Of a stretch of DNA of 64,000 nucleotides, positions 24,700 to 37,481 are shown one piece after another. The notes below the pieces were generated by a model. That model searched no databases. It saw nothing but the letters and a program-made list of their open reading frames with translations, and was not told the origin of the DNA. Source of the stretch: Mobula birostris (taxonomy: Eukaryota); assembly GCF_030028105.1 (NCBI RefSeq), contig NC_092393.1, positions 47,378,125-47,442,124 of the forward strand, written 5' to 3'. Each line of letters opens with the position of its first letter. Position 1 is the stretch's first letter. The translations under genes and the position numbers were made by a program.

Positions 24700-25062
24700 C
24701 AAGGACTAGATAGGGTGGATGTGGAGAGCATGTTTCCTATGGTGTGGAGATCCAGAACTAAAGGGAACAGTCTCAAAATTAAGGGGTGATCCTTTAGAAC
24801 AGAGGTAAGGTGGAATTTTTTTAGCCAGAAAGTAATATATCTGTGGAATGCTCTGTCTCAGACTGCGGTGAAGGCCAAGTCTGTGCATACTGTATATTTA
24901 AGGTGAAAGTTAATCCTTTTCCTGATCAGTCAGGGCTTCAAAGGATATGGCGAGAAGGCAGGTGTATGAAGTTGGGTGGGATCCGGGATCAACCATGATG
25001 AAATGGTGGAGCAGACTCGATGGGCTGAATGGCCTAATTCTGCTCCTATGTCTTATGATCTT
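24700..25062 (+). mobile_element. CR1 3' end
   Basis: gatgggctgaatggcctaattctgctcctatgtcttatgatcttat terminus preceded by RT C-terminal coding remnant. Confidence 0.92.
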
Positions 25063-26999
25063 ATAAAATTCAGTAAACTGTTCAACATGTTTCAGTGTCT
25101 CTCCCTCTGCACTTGGGCCATAACTGCACATCCTTGTCAGGTAGCATCTTTTAAAATAATGCAGGAGGCAGAACTCAAACATCTGAATTAAATTCTTTTC
25201 CCCAACCTCATGCCTTTGTGCAGTGCAGAAATACACCAAGAATAATTGTTATCGATGGGATAATACATCAAAATGAATCTTCTGTGATAAGATGCAGTCA
25301 CCAGCCCCAAATCATTCCCAGGGCTTACAGTAACAGTAAAAAGGAATGAAAAGGAATTTCAAGTATTCTCAGCTAAATTCACAATATAATTTCCACACGC
25401 GTGGGAAGATGATTGCTTTCAAGTTACAGAGCTGTGCAGCCAGAACTGTCATTCCACAACTAGTTTTCTGACCACTTTTATCAGCTTAGAGTTTAGGCAG
25501 CAAATGACGTAGTCTAAAACAGACAACAAAGATTAGAAGACTAGAGGATTGCCAGATAAGAATTGTCGTCCAGTTAATTTTTAGACAATGTGTCTACTTC
25601 TAAATCTGTTTTTTTTAATCTTTGTATATGATTTGACAAGTGTACCAGTGGATGTCCAAGAATGTGTATTTGTCAGTATTTCACAGACAAGTCAATATTT
25701 CTTTTGTTCATTCAAAATGGTTGGGTCCAAAACAATATCTCAAAGCTTGATTCTCACATAATAGTGCTGAATGGATATTGGAAGTCTTGTATAGAACAAG
25801 CCAAGCTTATTCAAAAGTAAGCAACAGGTTCCCTGATATGAACTCAATCTTACCTGTTGAATTCCAAAACAGAAGTGACAAACCATAAATATATACTTGA
25901 GAAATGTAAAAGGTTTCAATCCTTGAAAGTAATTTTGAAAAACACTTTTTTTTAATAATACATTTTATAAGATTTGTACTTGTTAACAAATTTAAGTATT
26001 TTTCACACTCAATGGTAGAAAGTGGTATAGCAGCTAAACTAACAGTTTATCACATCCTCATTTTTCATTGGTTAATTGGTAGCGCATTACCCACATGATG
26101 TAATAATTTAATTATGTAGACTATTAACTAATTCATTCCTATCTAAGAAATTCCCTTTTCTTATCTATAAAAGTGATGGATTTTTCAGAAGCGTCATCTT
26201 CTATTCTTTTGTCTTGCACCCCTTAGCATCAGTTCTCAGCTCTTTATTTAGTTTGCTCAGTAATTGTGTGTATGTTTGTACCTTAAATAAACTGAAATCT
26301 TGGAATTAAGACTGCTCATCATTCCTGACACCTGGATGAAACCTAAGGAACAGGAAATAAACAGAGATCCAACAGTAGCTTCCATTTATAAATGGATAAA
26401 AGCCAAAGGCATAATTGACAAAAAGTTTTCATAAATAAATCTTCATAAAAATTAGAGACCAAATGATATCAAGGGCTTCACATTGGAATTGCACAGTTAC
26501 TTGAGGAAGCATGTTTAAAAAATAATACATAGTTGCCCACTTCCGATATCGCAGAGGATTATTCAAAAACAAAGCAAAATCAATAACCTTGAGGGAGGAT
26601 AACCTCTTTCACTGCATAGATACTAATAGACACTGTTTGACCTGATGTGTGTTCTTGGTGCTTTTCTTTTGTTTTTATTTCAGATTGAATTTTGTTTATT
26701 GTAGAACCAACTCAGTTAGCATTTCATGCAGTCAGTAGTCGGGATCTTATCCCTGAGGGAGTGAAGATGAAGCCTGTTCTTGTTTCTAGAAAGTAATTAG
26801 ATGAAGAAGACCAAAGTAACTGAAACAATTTCACATCATCAATATTAATTGTATATTCATAACCATGGATACGCAGTGACTGCTTTTTGGTGAACAAGGT
26901 CACATTGCAATAACTGGTCATTTAGTGAGATGGCAATTGACATGGGCACAGTTCGCTTGTTAATTGCAACTTTCTTGGTTAATTACGCTCTGTGACATG

Positions 27000-27851
27000 C
27001 TACCAAAGATCATGACAAGCTTGGTTTTACCTTAAAACCAGGACGAACCAAAAGGGTCAGACCAGTTACACTCACAGATCTTGATTTTGCAGATGACATA
27101 GTCCTGCTCTCTCACCAGATGTAGGAAGCACAGCAGCTACTGACAAAGGTGGAAATTGAGAGCGATAAAGCTGGACTTCACCTAAATGCTAAAAAGACAG
27201 AGTACATGGTGTTTAACTGAGATGAAGGTACTCTCAAGACTGTAATGAATAACACCATTAAGAAAGTCGTTGACTACAAGTACCTCGGGTCAAGAATGAT
27301 GAGTTTGAGAAGGACATAAAGATACAGAAGGCGCTGGCATGGAGGGCTATGAACGACATGAAGGAAATCTGGAAGTCGAACCTCACCAGAGGGCTTAAAA
27401 AGAGGATTTTCATAGCAGTCATAGAGTCCATTCTCATGTACGGATGCAAGACGTGGACACTCATCAAGACTATGGGAAAGTCTCTGGATGGTTGCTATCC
27501 ATGAATGCTCCAGATGGCTCTTGATGTGTGTTGGCAACAGCACATGACGAATGTCGAGCTCTATGACGACCTACCGATGCTCACGACTAAAATGAGGCGA
27601 AAAGACTGCAACTAACAGGACACCGTCTACGCCACCCCGAGCTACCTGCCGGCCTAGTCATCATATGGTAGCCCAAGCAGGGGAGGATGAACCCTGGCGC
27701 CCTCCCAAGACTATGGTCAACATGCTCCTAGAAGACAGCGGCGCGGCTAATGTAGATGAACTGAACACACTGATGAGGGAGAGGGAGAAGTGGAGAGTTC
27801 GTCATCATGCCCCACGCCGGCCCCCTAGGCCTGAGTCAACGTAGTAGTAGT
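27000..27851 (+). mobile_element. RTE-clade (RTE-X-like) LINE 3' portion, 5'-truncated
   Basis: acagatcttgattttgcagatgacatagtcctgctc = TDLDFADDIVLL (RT catalytic motif), GLHLNAKKTEYM, ILMYGCKTWT, and a (gta)n tail at 27841-27850. CpGs retained. Confidence 0.9.
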
Positions 27852-28380
27852 TCTTGGGCAGCTGCAGCCCCATTCTGCAAATGTACATATTCAGGGAAAT
27901 CTCATGCACAATCCAATACAGAGCAATGAAGGAACACCAGCCAATTGTTCTGGCCAAGTGTATTATGTGGTCAGGGCTGATAGTGAAGATCTGCCTATAG
28001 ACATTGATCCATTGTATTGGCATTCTCTATTTACTGTTGTTTGAGGAAGGCACAACCTGCAATGGTGGTGATTAGAACTGAATGTGATGTTGGCAGAGGT
28101 CTATCATCGTGAGGAGGCATCCTGTCGAATGGTTAGCGGCAGTTCACAATAGATTGTGTGATTACCTGGGCAACACTAAGTAACCCTAAGTGGAACTGTT
28201 GATGATAAATAGTATCTGCTGCTCACCACACACAATTTCATTTCTGGAATTGGTAGGCAATCATTACTTAAGGAGCAGCACATTAGCACAGCTAGTGGAA
28301 TCAAAACCAGATTTACTATCACTGATTAATGTAATTAAATCTGTTGCTTTGTGATAGCACTACATAAAATATGATGATAT

Positions 28381-29490
28381 TTCAAAGCTCAAAGTACATT
28401 TGTTATCAATATATGTATATTATACACAGTTTTGAGATTTGTCATCTTACAGGCAACTACAAAATAAAGAAACCCAATAGAACCCATTAAAAAAGAAGAA
28501 CGACAAACACGCAATGTGCAGGGGGAAAAAAACATATAGAGCAAACAATAAAAGTAAGCAAATAACACTCAGAATTGAAGTTCACAAAAGTGACTCCAGA
28601 GCCATGAAGCCAGTCACGGCTGATCCAGGAGCCCATTAGTTGCAGCCCACAGTCTCAGTTCAATGCAGAGACGAGTTACATTAGGAGTTTGAAGTGATTT
28701 GGTTTGTCACCTAAAACACTCAAAATCTTCTACAGATGTGCCATGGAGAGCATTCTGACTGACCGCATCACTGTCTGGTATTGAGGGGAAGGGGGGCTCT
28801 GCACAGGATCGAAAGGCACTACAGAGAGATGTAAAATTAATCTGTTCCCCATGGGTACTAGCCTTCAATTTATCCAAGACATCGTCAAGGGGCAGTGCCT
28901 CAGGAAGACAGCGTCCCTCATTGAGGACCCCCACCACCCAGGATATGGCCTCTTCTCATTGTTACCATTGGTAAGAAGCTACAGAAGCCTAAGGGCACAC
29001 ACTCAGCAATTCAGGAACAGCTTCTTCCCCTCTGCTATCCAATTCCTATGTGGACATTGAACCCCTGACTTTTAAAAATTTACTTCTGTTTTTGAACTAC
29101 TTAGTTTAACAACTTCTTAATATACATATATATACTTACTGTATTTCAGTTTTTTTCCTATATTTGTCATGTATTGCATTGTACTGCTGCCGCAAGGTTA
29201 ACGAATTTCATGACACATGCCAGCAACATTGAACCTGCCTCTGATTCTGATTCTGGGTCCATTTTGCAGAGCAGTAAGCCTCACAGCGGCCCGTCCCTCT
29301 CCTCTGGCCCCAACTCCTTGACCTTTTCAATCTGGCCCGACACATAATTGGGCAAACAGTGTTGCTCCTTGCTCTTGGACCTGGGTTCTGATCCTTGAGT
29401 ACACACTCAGTCCCTCGACCCATTGCTTTGATTCGGCCTGTACCCGATCTTTCCAACATAGCTCGCCAATTAAATCAGTCAGACATCTTT
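28381..29490 (-). mobile_element. Non-coding retroposon with Rex-type tail, interrupted by a Rex fragment
   Basis: ttcaaagctcaaagtacatttgttatcaa tail; 28381-28680 and 29265-29490 are colinear with 58755-59360. Confidence 0.7.
28685..29255 (+). mobile_element. Rex1/Babar LINE 3' fragment
   Basis: CLRKTASLIEDPHHPGYGLFSLLPLVRSYRSLRAHTQQFRNSFFPSAI and a (gattct)n tail. Confidence 0.9.
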
Positions 29491-31930
29491 TGTTCCTTGC
29501 TTTTATGTTGGCTTTGACTTATCTTGTTAGCCACAGTTATGCCATCTTTCCTTTAAAATACTTCTCCCTCTTTGGGATGTATATATGCTGTGCCTTCTGA
29601 ACTGCTTCTAGAAATTCCAGTCATTGCTGCTCTTCTGTCATCCCTGCCAGTGTTCTTTTCCAATCAATTCTGGCCAACTCTGCTCTCCTGCCTCTGTTAT
29701 TCCCTTTACTCCACTGCAATATTGATACATCTGACTTGGGTTTATTCTTCTCAAATTTCAGGGTGAATTTCATCATAATATGATCCCTTTTCCCCAAGGG
29801 TTCTTTTACCTTCAGCTCTCTAATCAATTCTGGGTCATTGCACAATACGCAATGCTGAACAGCTGATCCCTGAGCAGGCTCAACCTCGAGCTGCTCTAAA
29901 AAGCTATTTCGTAGGCATTCCAGAAATTCTCCCTCTTGGCATCCACCATCAACTTGCTGTCCCCAATATACCTGAATATTGAAATCCCCCATGACTATTG
30001 TAACATTGCCCTTTTGGCATGCATTTTCTATCTCCCATTGCAATTTGTAGACCACATCCTTAATACTGTTTGGGGGTCTGTATACAACTCCCATCAAGGT
30101 CTTTTTACTCTTGCATTTCCTTAGATCTATCCAGAAGGATTCAATAACTTCTGACCCTATGTCACCTCCTTCTAATCATTTGATTTCATTTTTTTACCAA
30201 CAGACCAACGCGAACCCCTCTGGCTTCCTGCCTGTCCTTGAACATTAAGCTTCTCACTATAATCTTCTTTCATCCATGATTCAGTGATGCCTGCAACTTC
30301 GTACCTGCCAATCTGAAACTGTGCTGCAGGCTCATCTACCTTATTTCATATGTTGCGTGCATTCAAATGTAACACCTTCAGTTCTGTATTCACCCTTTTT
30401 GATTTTAACCACCTTTTACATTGTAACTCATCCTGTTGACTGCAGTTTTGCCCTCTCAGCAGCCTCTCCTCACTACACATTGCCTCTGTTTGTGAACTAG
30501 TTACCTCATTTTCAGCACTACCATCTGCCTTTCCTTCAATTCTTCTTGCATTGAAATATATGCAACTCAGGATACTAGTCACACCAGCTCAAACTTTTAT
30601 TTCTAACTTTGTCTGAGGTCTTACCAAAATCTGCCTCCACAACCTCTCCACTAACTGTTCTGGCACTCTGGTTCCCATCCCCCGCAACTATAGTTTAAAC
30701 CTCACCATGCAAATTTAACAAACGTTAGTCCCCTTCCAACGCAGGTGCCTTCTGTACAGGTCCCACCTTCCCTGGAAGAGAGCCCAATGAGCCAAGCATC
30801 TTATGCCCTCCCTCCTACACCAGCTTCTTAGCCATGTATTAAACTGTATAATCCTCCTGGTTCTGGCCTCATTAACAAGAGGCACAGGTAGCAATCCTGT
30901 GATCATAATCCTGAAGGTTCTGCCCTTTAACCTCGCACCTAACTTCCTGAACTCCCTATACAGAACCTCATCACTCACCCTACCCATGTCATTGGGTGCA
31001 TACATGGGTCACGAATTCTGGCTGTTGACCCTCCCACTTAAGAACACTGAGGACTTGATCCGAGATATCCCAGACCCGGGCACCTGGGAGGCAACATTCC
31101 ATCTGGGAATCTTGTTCTCGCCCATGGAACATCCTGTCCGTTCCCCTAACTAACGAATCCCTTTTCACCACAGCATGCCTCTTCTTCCCCCTTCCTTTCT
31201 GAGTCACAGAGGCAGACTCAGTGCCAAAAACCTGACCACCATGATTTTTCTTGATTAAATCATCCCTCCAACTGCATCCAAAGTGGTATACCTGTTGTTG
31301 AGGGGAATGGCCATAGGGGCTCCTTAACCCCTTTCCTCTTACTAACTGTTAGTTAGTCTCCTGCATCCTGCATCTTGGGTGTAACTACCTCTCTGTATGT
31401 TATAGCCATCACCCTGTTAGTATCCCAAATGATCCAGAATTTATCCAGTTCTGGCCCTAACTCCTTAACACAGGTTGTTAGAAGCTGCAGTTGGATACAC
31501 TTCTCACAGTTGTAGTCATCAGGGGCACTGGAGGTCTCCCTGCCTTCCCACATCCCACAAGTAGAGCACTTAACTATCCTGCCTGGCATCTCCACTGTCT
31601 TAGCTGAGCAGATATAAAGGAAGAAAGAGAAAACTTAACCTGGAGGTTTTCTTTCCTTTGCTTTCTCTGACTGAAGCCTCTCTTCACGGAAGCCTCGAAC
31701 AGATAAGATCACCTCTCTGAATCCACCTGCTGTGATAACGGCTGCTGTGGTTGTCCCTGCCTTCTTTTAATTTGCTCTTGCTAATCATTTCCAAACACCA
31801 GTTGGTTGCTGGTCATAGCTCTTTGTCACAATAGTATCCTGCTGCTGCTTTTGTACTCAGGCAATGGACCCGATTGGAGTCCTCTCCTCTCAAAATTTCC
31901 AGTGTCTGGATTGGCCTCTGGTGAAAGTTC
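29490..31930 (-). mobile_element. CR1 5' half: ORF1 (Cys-rich/leucine zipper plus esterase) and ORF2 endonuclease; chimeric type
   Basis: KCSTCGMWE..NCEKCIQLQLL (31353-31595), DSLVRGTDR (30989-31207), GLLPVP..FNTWLRSWC (30715-31005), GVVYRPPNS..VMGDFNI (29621-30097). Confidence 0.93.
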
Positions 31931-32204
31931 TTTTATAATGGACAAAGTGGTATAAAGTATGCAACTATATTAGTAACCAAGCTAATAACCACATCACCAT
32001 AAAGACTGAATAACAAAATATGAAGTTCCAGTCAAGACACTCAGCAGGTTACTGAAGTTCAATGTCTGGTGAACAAAAATGCATACACTTTTGGTGACTA
32101 CAGAGAATTCGGAATTGTTAACAATGGTAAGAGACAGATCCAAGGAGGCGTGTTGTCTGTGTTGGATATAGAAAAGCTGGCTAAAGTAAATGAAATTTTC
32201 TCCA

Positions 32205-32600
32205 TTCAGAATTAGAATCAGGTTTAATATCATTGCCACATGTTGTGAAATGTGTTGTTATACAGCAGCAGTACATTGCAATACAAAATAATAAAAACCC
32301 TAACTTACAATAAGTATATATAAATATATTTTTAAAAGTTAAATTACATATGTAGTGCAAAAACAAGAAAAAGAAGTTGTGAGGTGGTGTTCATGTGTTC
32401 AATGTACATTCAGAAGTTTGATGCAGAGAGGAGGAAGCTATTCCTGAACTGTTAAGTGTGTGCCTTCAGGCCCCTGTAACTGCCCTCTGATGGTAGCAAT
32501 GAGAAGAGAGCACGTCCTGGGTTATGTGGTCCTTAATATTAGATGCCATTTTTTTGAGGTATTGCTCCTTGAAGATGTCCTGTATGCTGGGGAGGCACAT
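32205..32600 (-). mobile_element. Rex1/Babar 3' fragment
   Basis: tcagaattagaatcaggtttaatatca tail and gaggaagctattcctgaac (reverse of FRNSFF). Confidence 0.8.
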
Positions 32601-33149
32601 CCTCAGAATTCCTTAGTATTACTTGAACTTTGTGCTGAGTTTGGACATATTGTATGTCCTTCTTAAGTTATTGCACAATTGGAAGCCTAGGGTCTGAGGT
32701 GAGGGGGGGGCGGGGTGGAGTGTTGGGCCAAATGACCTATGTAGAGTAAATCTTAATTGTAAATCTTCCCTTTACCTTCTAAGTTGTGGAAGCCATTGTA
32801 GCTGTTGTGTGATGCCACAGTATGGAGAGAGTAAAATTATAACCCATACAATGGAATCAGAACATTATCCTCCATTTGAATACAGATCCTCCAATCAAAT
32901 TGATGACCGTACACACCTAACAGGAATCATAAATACACATCAGAAATACAGACACACATAGATAAAGTGGACAGCCAGCACTCTTAGATAGCATATCAGT
33001 GAAAGAAACATTGAGGGCTATTTGGGAAGGAGGGGTTAGATATTGGAGTATGTTAAAGGGTTGGCACAACATCATGGTCTGAAGGGCCTGTTCTGTGTTG
33101 TATTGTTCTACAATCTGTTCTATCAATTAATATTGTATCCTTTAATATA

Positions 33150-33620
33150 ATATTGAATTGAACTGAATTGACTTTATTTCTTACATCCTTCACATACATG
33201 AAGAGTTAAAATCTTTGTTACATCTCCATCTAAATGTGTCATGTGCAATCATAGTAATTTATAATAAATAGAACAGTCAATGTAATATAGAGTACACTCA
33301 AATCAGCGTGAGTTCATCAGTCTGATGGCCTGGTGAAAGAAGCTGTCTCGGAGCCTGTTGGTCCTGGCCTTTATGCTGTGGTACCACTTCCCGGATGGTA
33401 GCAGCTGGAGTAGACTGTGGTGGGGATGACTTGGGTTCCCAATGAACCTACGGGCTCTTTTTACACACCTGTCCTTGTAAATGTCCTGAATCATGGAAAG
33501 TTCATAACTACAGATGTGCTGGGCTCTCCGCATCACTCTCTGCAGAGTCCTGCAATTAAGGGAGATACAGTTCCCATACCAGGCAGTGATGCAGCCAGTC
33601 AGGATGCTCTCAATTGTGCA
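33150..33620 (-). mobile_element. Rex1/Babar 3' fragment (relatively young)
   Basis: NPSHPHHSLLQLLPSGKWYHSIKARTNRLRDSFFHQAIRLMN and an (attga)n tail. Confidence 0.92.
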
Positions 33621-34487
33621 TAAATGAACAGATATGCTTTGTATGATAATGTATATATGGTAATGTTATCTTTAAGAACTGAGTTACCACATAGTACAAT
33701 GTTAACACATTGCACCACTATACACTGCTGCTAGATAAAGAGTTTACCATGTTCAATAAAATTCTACTTACGTTTTTATGCTTTGCAAACAGTAACACAG
33801 AAGAGCCTTTGGGCAATGCAGGGACTTAAAACTGAAAACCACATCTTCCAAGAATGATTTTAGGAAGCACTTTTATATAGGGAGCATGAGGGAAACTTGG
33901 AGTGATCTTCTACAGGTCACAGGATTGGGCTAGTTGTTAATCATGAATGGGTTATTGGAAGAGTTTTGCAGAAAAATCATTGGACGTCATGGCGTAAGAA
34001 CTGGTGTATGAAGAGGACGCATGATCTCACAGCATGGCAGAATAGCATAAAGGTTGTTGGTATATCCACAGTCTTTTGTCACCTGCCTTAAATCCTCTCC
34101 AAACTTATTCTCACAAAGCTCAATTTGTTATTTCTATTGGTATGTCCTGCTCTGCATCACCTTAGCTTAGTTCTCTGTACTTGCTGTTCTCTCCTGTTAA
34201 TATTAACTCCTGCCTTGCATCAGTCCAGGATGCCAATGGACACGTTCCTTTATTAAATCCAATCCTGATGTAGTATGTGGTTTTGGTGTCATAAGAAAAC
34301 AGTAAAGCTGAGTTTATATAACTAGTAAGAAAATACTACAAAAACAGCCAGCTAGACGCCTGCAAATAAAGAGCTAACCAGTGTTTTTAAAGTAGTTTTT
34401 GTTTTTGTTTTGTAATTAAATTTAATTATTGCCATGTGTGCACCTGGTCTTTCCTCAAACTCCATTCAACGTACTTTACGTAATACT

Positions 34488-34598
34488 GATTCATGAGAAG
34501 TGTAGAGTCATTTTGCAGATTTTCTGACAGAGTACCTCTGATTATCAGAGGTATTCTGTCAAGAAATCTGCAAAATGGCTCTACACTTCTAATGAATC
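34488..34598. repeat. 111-bp near-perfect palindrome (55-bp arms, 1-nt centre)
   Basis: gattcatgagaagtgtagagtcattttgcagattttctgacagagtacctctgat-t-atcagaggtattctgtcaagaaatctgcaaaatggctctacacttctaatgaatc; 5 mismatches. Confidence 0.97.
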
Positions 34599-35671
34599 TT
34601 AATTTGCTGTTATAACAGGTTCCTATTTTTGTTCATTAAGGCCGCTACGGTGCTCGTCGGGCATGTTTGGAAAGTTTCTTGGAGTGATCGGGAAGAATAT
34701 ACTTAAATTTGAAATTGGAATGAGTTAATTATTATCACAAGTACCGAGTTACAGTGAAAAACTTTATTTTGCCTGCTATTTAGATTATCTACAGTATTAG
34801 GTTGTGAATAAATCACACTTGGCTGCAGAGTGTGCCTTTATCTTCAACAGCGCCGAGTTACAGTGATATAGCAGGAGGAAACAATGCAACAGTGTGTTAC
34901 AGTGGGGAATAAGAGTGAATGAAGGGAAATAGGAAATGAGGGCGGGGTGAAAGCATAGTCAAGAAGAAAAGTATAGTCATTTAAAAGCAGGAAAATAAGT
35001 GGTAAAATGAAGAGACTTTGAAAGGAAACAAAGTTCTTGGACATTTTATAAATCAGATTTGTATAATATAGTACTGAGATAATATCTATCTTACACACAG
35101 AGGTCATAAAAGAACATGCATTGACTAATAATCTCAACATCTTTTAGAATCGAAATGCTAAAATAATGACTTACAATCAACTGGAAATCTATGTCTAGCA
35201 TCTACATATACAGTATAATAGCTTCGGAAGTTTAAATGTAACTTGAGTGAATGAAATGAATTAAAGACTCCAGGCAAGTCCATCTCTATAGCTCAGCATT
35301 TGTCAGAAAAAGCACAGAGTAAGCTGTTGTACTTCTTTTTTTCCACTGCAATGCAAACAAGTCTGTGTAGTTATTGTGCGTAACTATCAACAATAATCGA
35401 GTTCAAAGTTCAAAGTAAATTTTTTATCACAGTACATTAATGGCACCATATACAACCCTGAGATTTACTTTCTTGCAGGCATTAATAGTAAATCCAAGAA
35501 ACACAATAGAATTAAAGAATGACTGCACTCAACAGTACAGTCAAACAACCTGTGACAACAAACTGTTCAAATAGAGTAATAGAGGCATAGAGAAATGCGG
35601 CACAGAAGTTGGCTCTTCAGCCCACTTAGTCCACGCCAAAACCATTTAAACTGCCTAGTCCCATCAACCTC

Positions 35672-35745
35672 CACCCCTGCCATCAAGGTACCTATCCAAA
35701 CTTCTCTCCATACCCCTGCCATCAATGTACCTATCCAAACTTCTT
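35672..35745. repeat. 39-bp tandem duplication in CR1 3' UTR
   Basis: acccctgccatcaa(g/t)gtacctatccaaacttct occurs twice. Confidence 0.9.
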
Positions 35746-36252
35746 TTAAACATTGAAATAGAGCTCGCATGTGCCACTTGCACTGACAGCTCTTTCCACA
35801 CTCTCACAACCCCCTGAAGAAGTTTCCTCTCGTTTTGCCGTGAGACTTTTCACCTTTCACCCTTACCGCATGACCTGTAGTTGTTATCCCATCCAACTTC
35901 AATAGAGAAGCCTACTTGCATTTATCCTATATATATCCCTCATAATTCTATATACCGCTATCAAAAATCGCCACTCAATCTTCTATGTTACAAGGAATAA
36001 AATCCTAACCTATTCAATCTTTCCTTATAACTCAGGTCCTCCAGTCCCGGCAACATCCTTGTAGAATTTCTTGGTACACCTTCAAACATGTTTACATCTT
36101 TCCTGTAGGTAGGTGACCAAAACTGCATACAATACTCCAAATCAGGCCTCACCAACATCTTGTACATAATTCAACATAACATGCACTCCAATGTGCCAAA
36201 AGCTTTCTTTACAAAGCTATCTATGTGTGCCACAACATTCAGTGAATTATAG

Positions 36253-37481
36253 CAGCAGTCCCCAACCACCGGGCCGCGGACTGGTATCGGACCGCAAAGC
36301 AGGTGGGAGGAAACGATATGATTTGGCGATATGAGTCAGCTGCACCTTTCCTCATTCCCTGACACGCCCACTGTTGAGCTTGAACACACGCGAGGCCATT
36401 ACGCATGCAAGGTCATTACCCACGCGTCATCCATGTCAACGCGGGAAGGAGATCAACTCCTCGAGCTCGCAAATGAGGGCAGGCTGAAAAGTATCTTTGA
36501 CATAACATCTCTGCCGGCATTCTGGATCAAAGTCAAGGCTAACTATCCTGAGATAGCCACGAAAGCACTGAAAATGTTGCTTCCATTTCCAACATATCTC
36601 TGCAATGAATGCAACGAGAACTAAATTGCGGAATAGACTGGACATAAAGAACCCCCTTCGAGTATCGCTGTCTCCCATCACCCCTCGATAGGACCGTCTT
36701 GTTGCAGGGAAACAAGCCCAGGGCTCTCCCTGATTCAGCGATATTGGTGCGTTGCAATGATTTTGTATGTTCATACGGGGAAAATATGTGCTGTGTGTTT
36801 AATATCCAAACGTTACTTAAAATGATGCTATTGAATTATAAGTGACTTATATAACCATATAACATTCACAGCACGGAAACTGGCCATCTCTGCCCTTCTA
36901 GTCCGTGCTGAACGCTACTCTCACCGAGTCCCACCGACCTGCACTCAGCCCATAATCTTCCGTTCCTTTCCTGTCCATATAGCTATCCAATTTTTCTTTA
37001 AATGGTAATATAGAACCTGCCTCTACCACTTCTACTGGAGTTTGTTCCACACTTACTTCAAGCTCCCCTGTCCTCCCCTGAAAATTGACTTATCACTATA
37101 TTCATGCGAGGAAAATATGCGCTGTGTGTTTAATGTTAAATTCGTTAGATAAACCCTTCTAGAAACGAAATTGAGTGTATTATCACCTTATCACCTATAT
37201 TCCGGTCGTGATTAACCCCCCCTCCTGAACAGAATCGCCGAAAACGATTTGTTGAGAAAAATCGGCACAAATACGCATTCGCTAGTCACGCATGCGCACT
37301 GGTGCCCGCGCACGGTTTCATGGTTATTGTAGTCTTTTTTTGGGGAAGCGCAACGTATTTGACTGCTACTCTTGTCCGTTGACAACCCTACCCCCCGCCC
37401 CCAACCCCCGGATCGGCCGGTCCACAAGATTATTGTCAATATTAAACTGGTCTGCAGTGCAGAAAAGGTTGGGGACCCCTG
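36253..37481 (+). mobile_element. Non-autonomous hAT (Buster/Charlie-type) DNA transposon with transposase C-terminal remnant
   Basis: TIRs cagcagtccccaacc / ggttggggacccctg. Perfect 8-bp TSD AATTATAG (36245-36252, 37482-37489) with central TA. Peptide SLPAFWIKVKANYPEIATKALKMLLPFPTYLC matches the hAT dimerisation domain. Confidence 0.96.
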
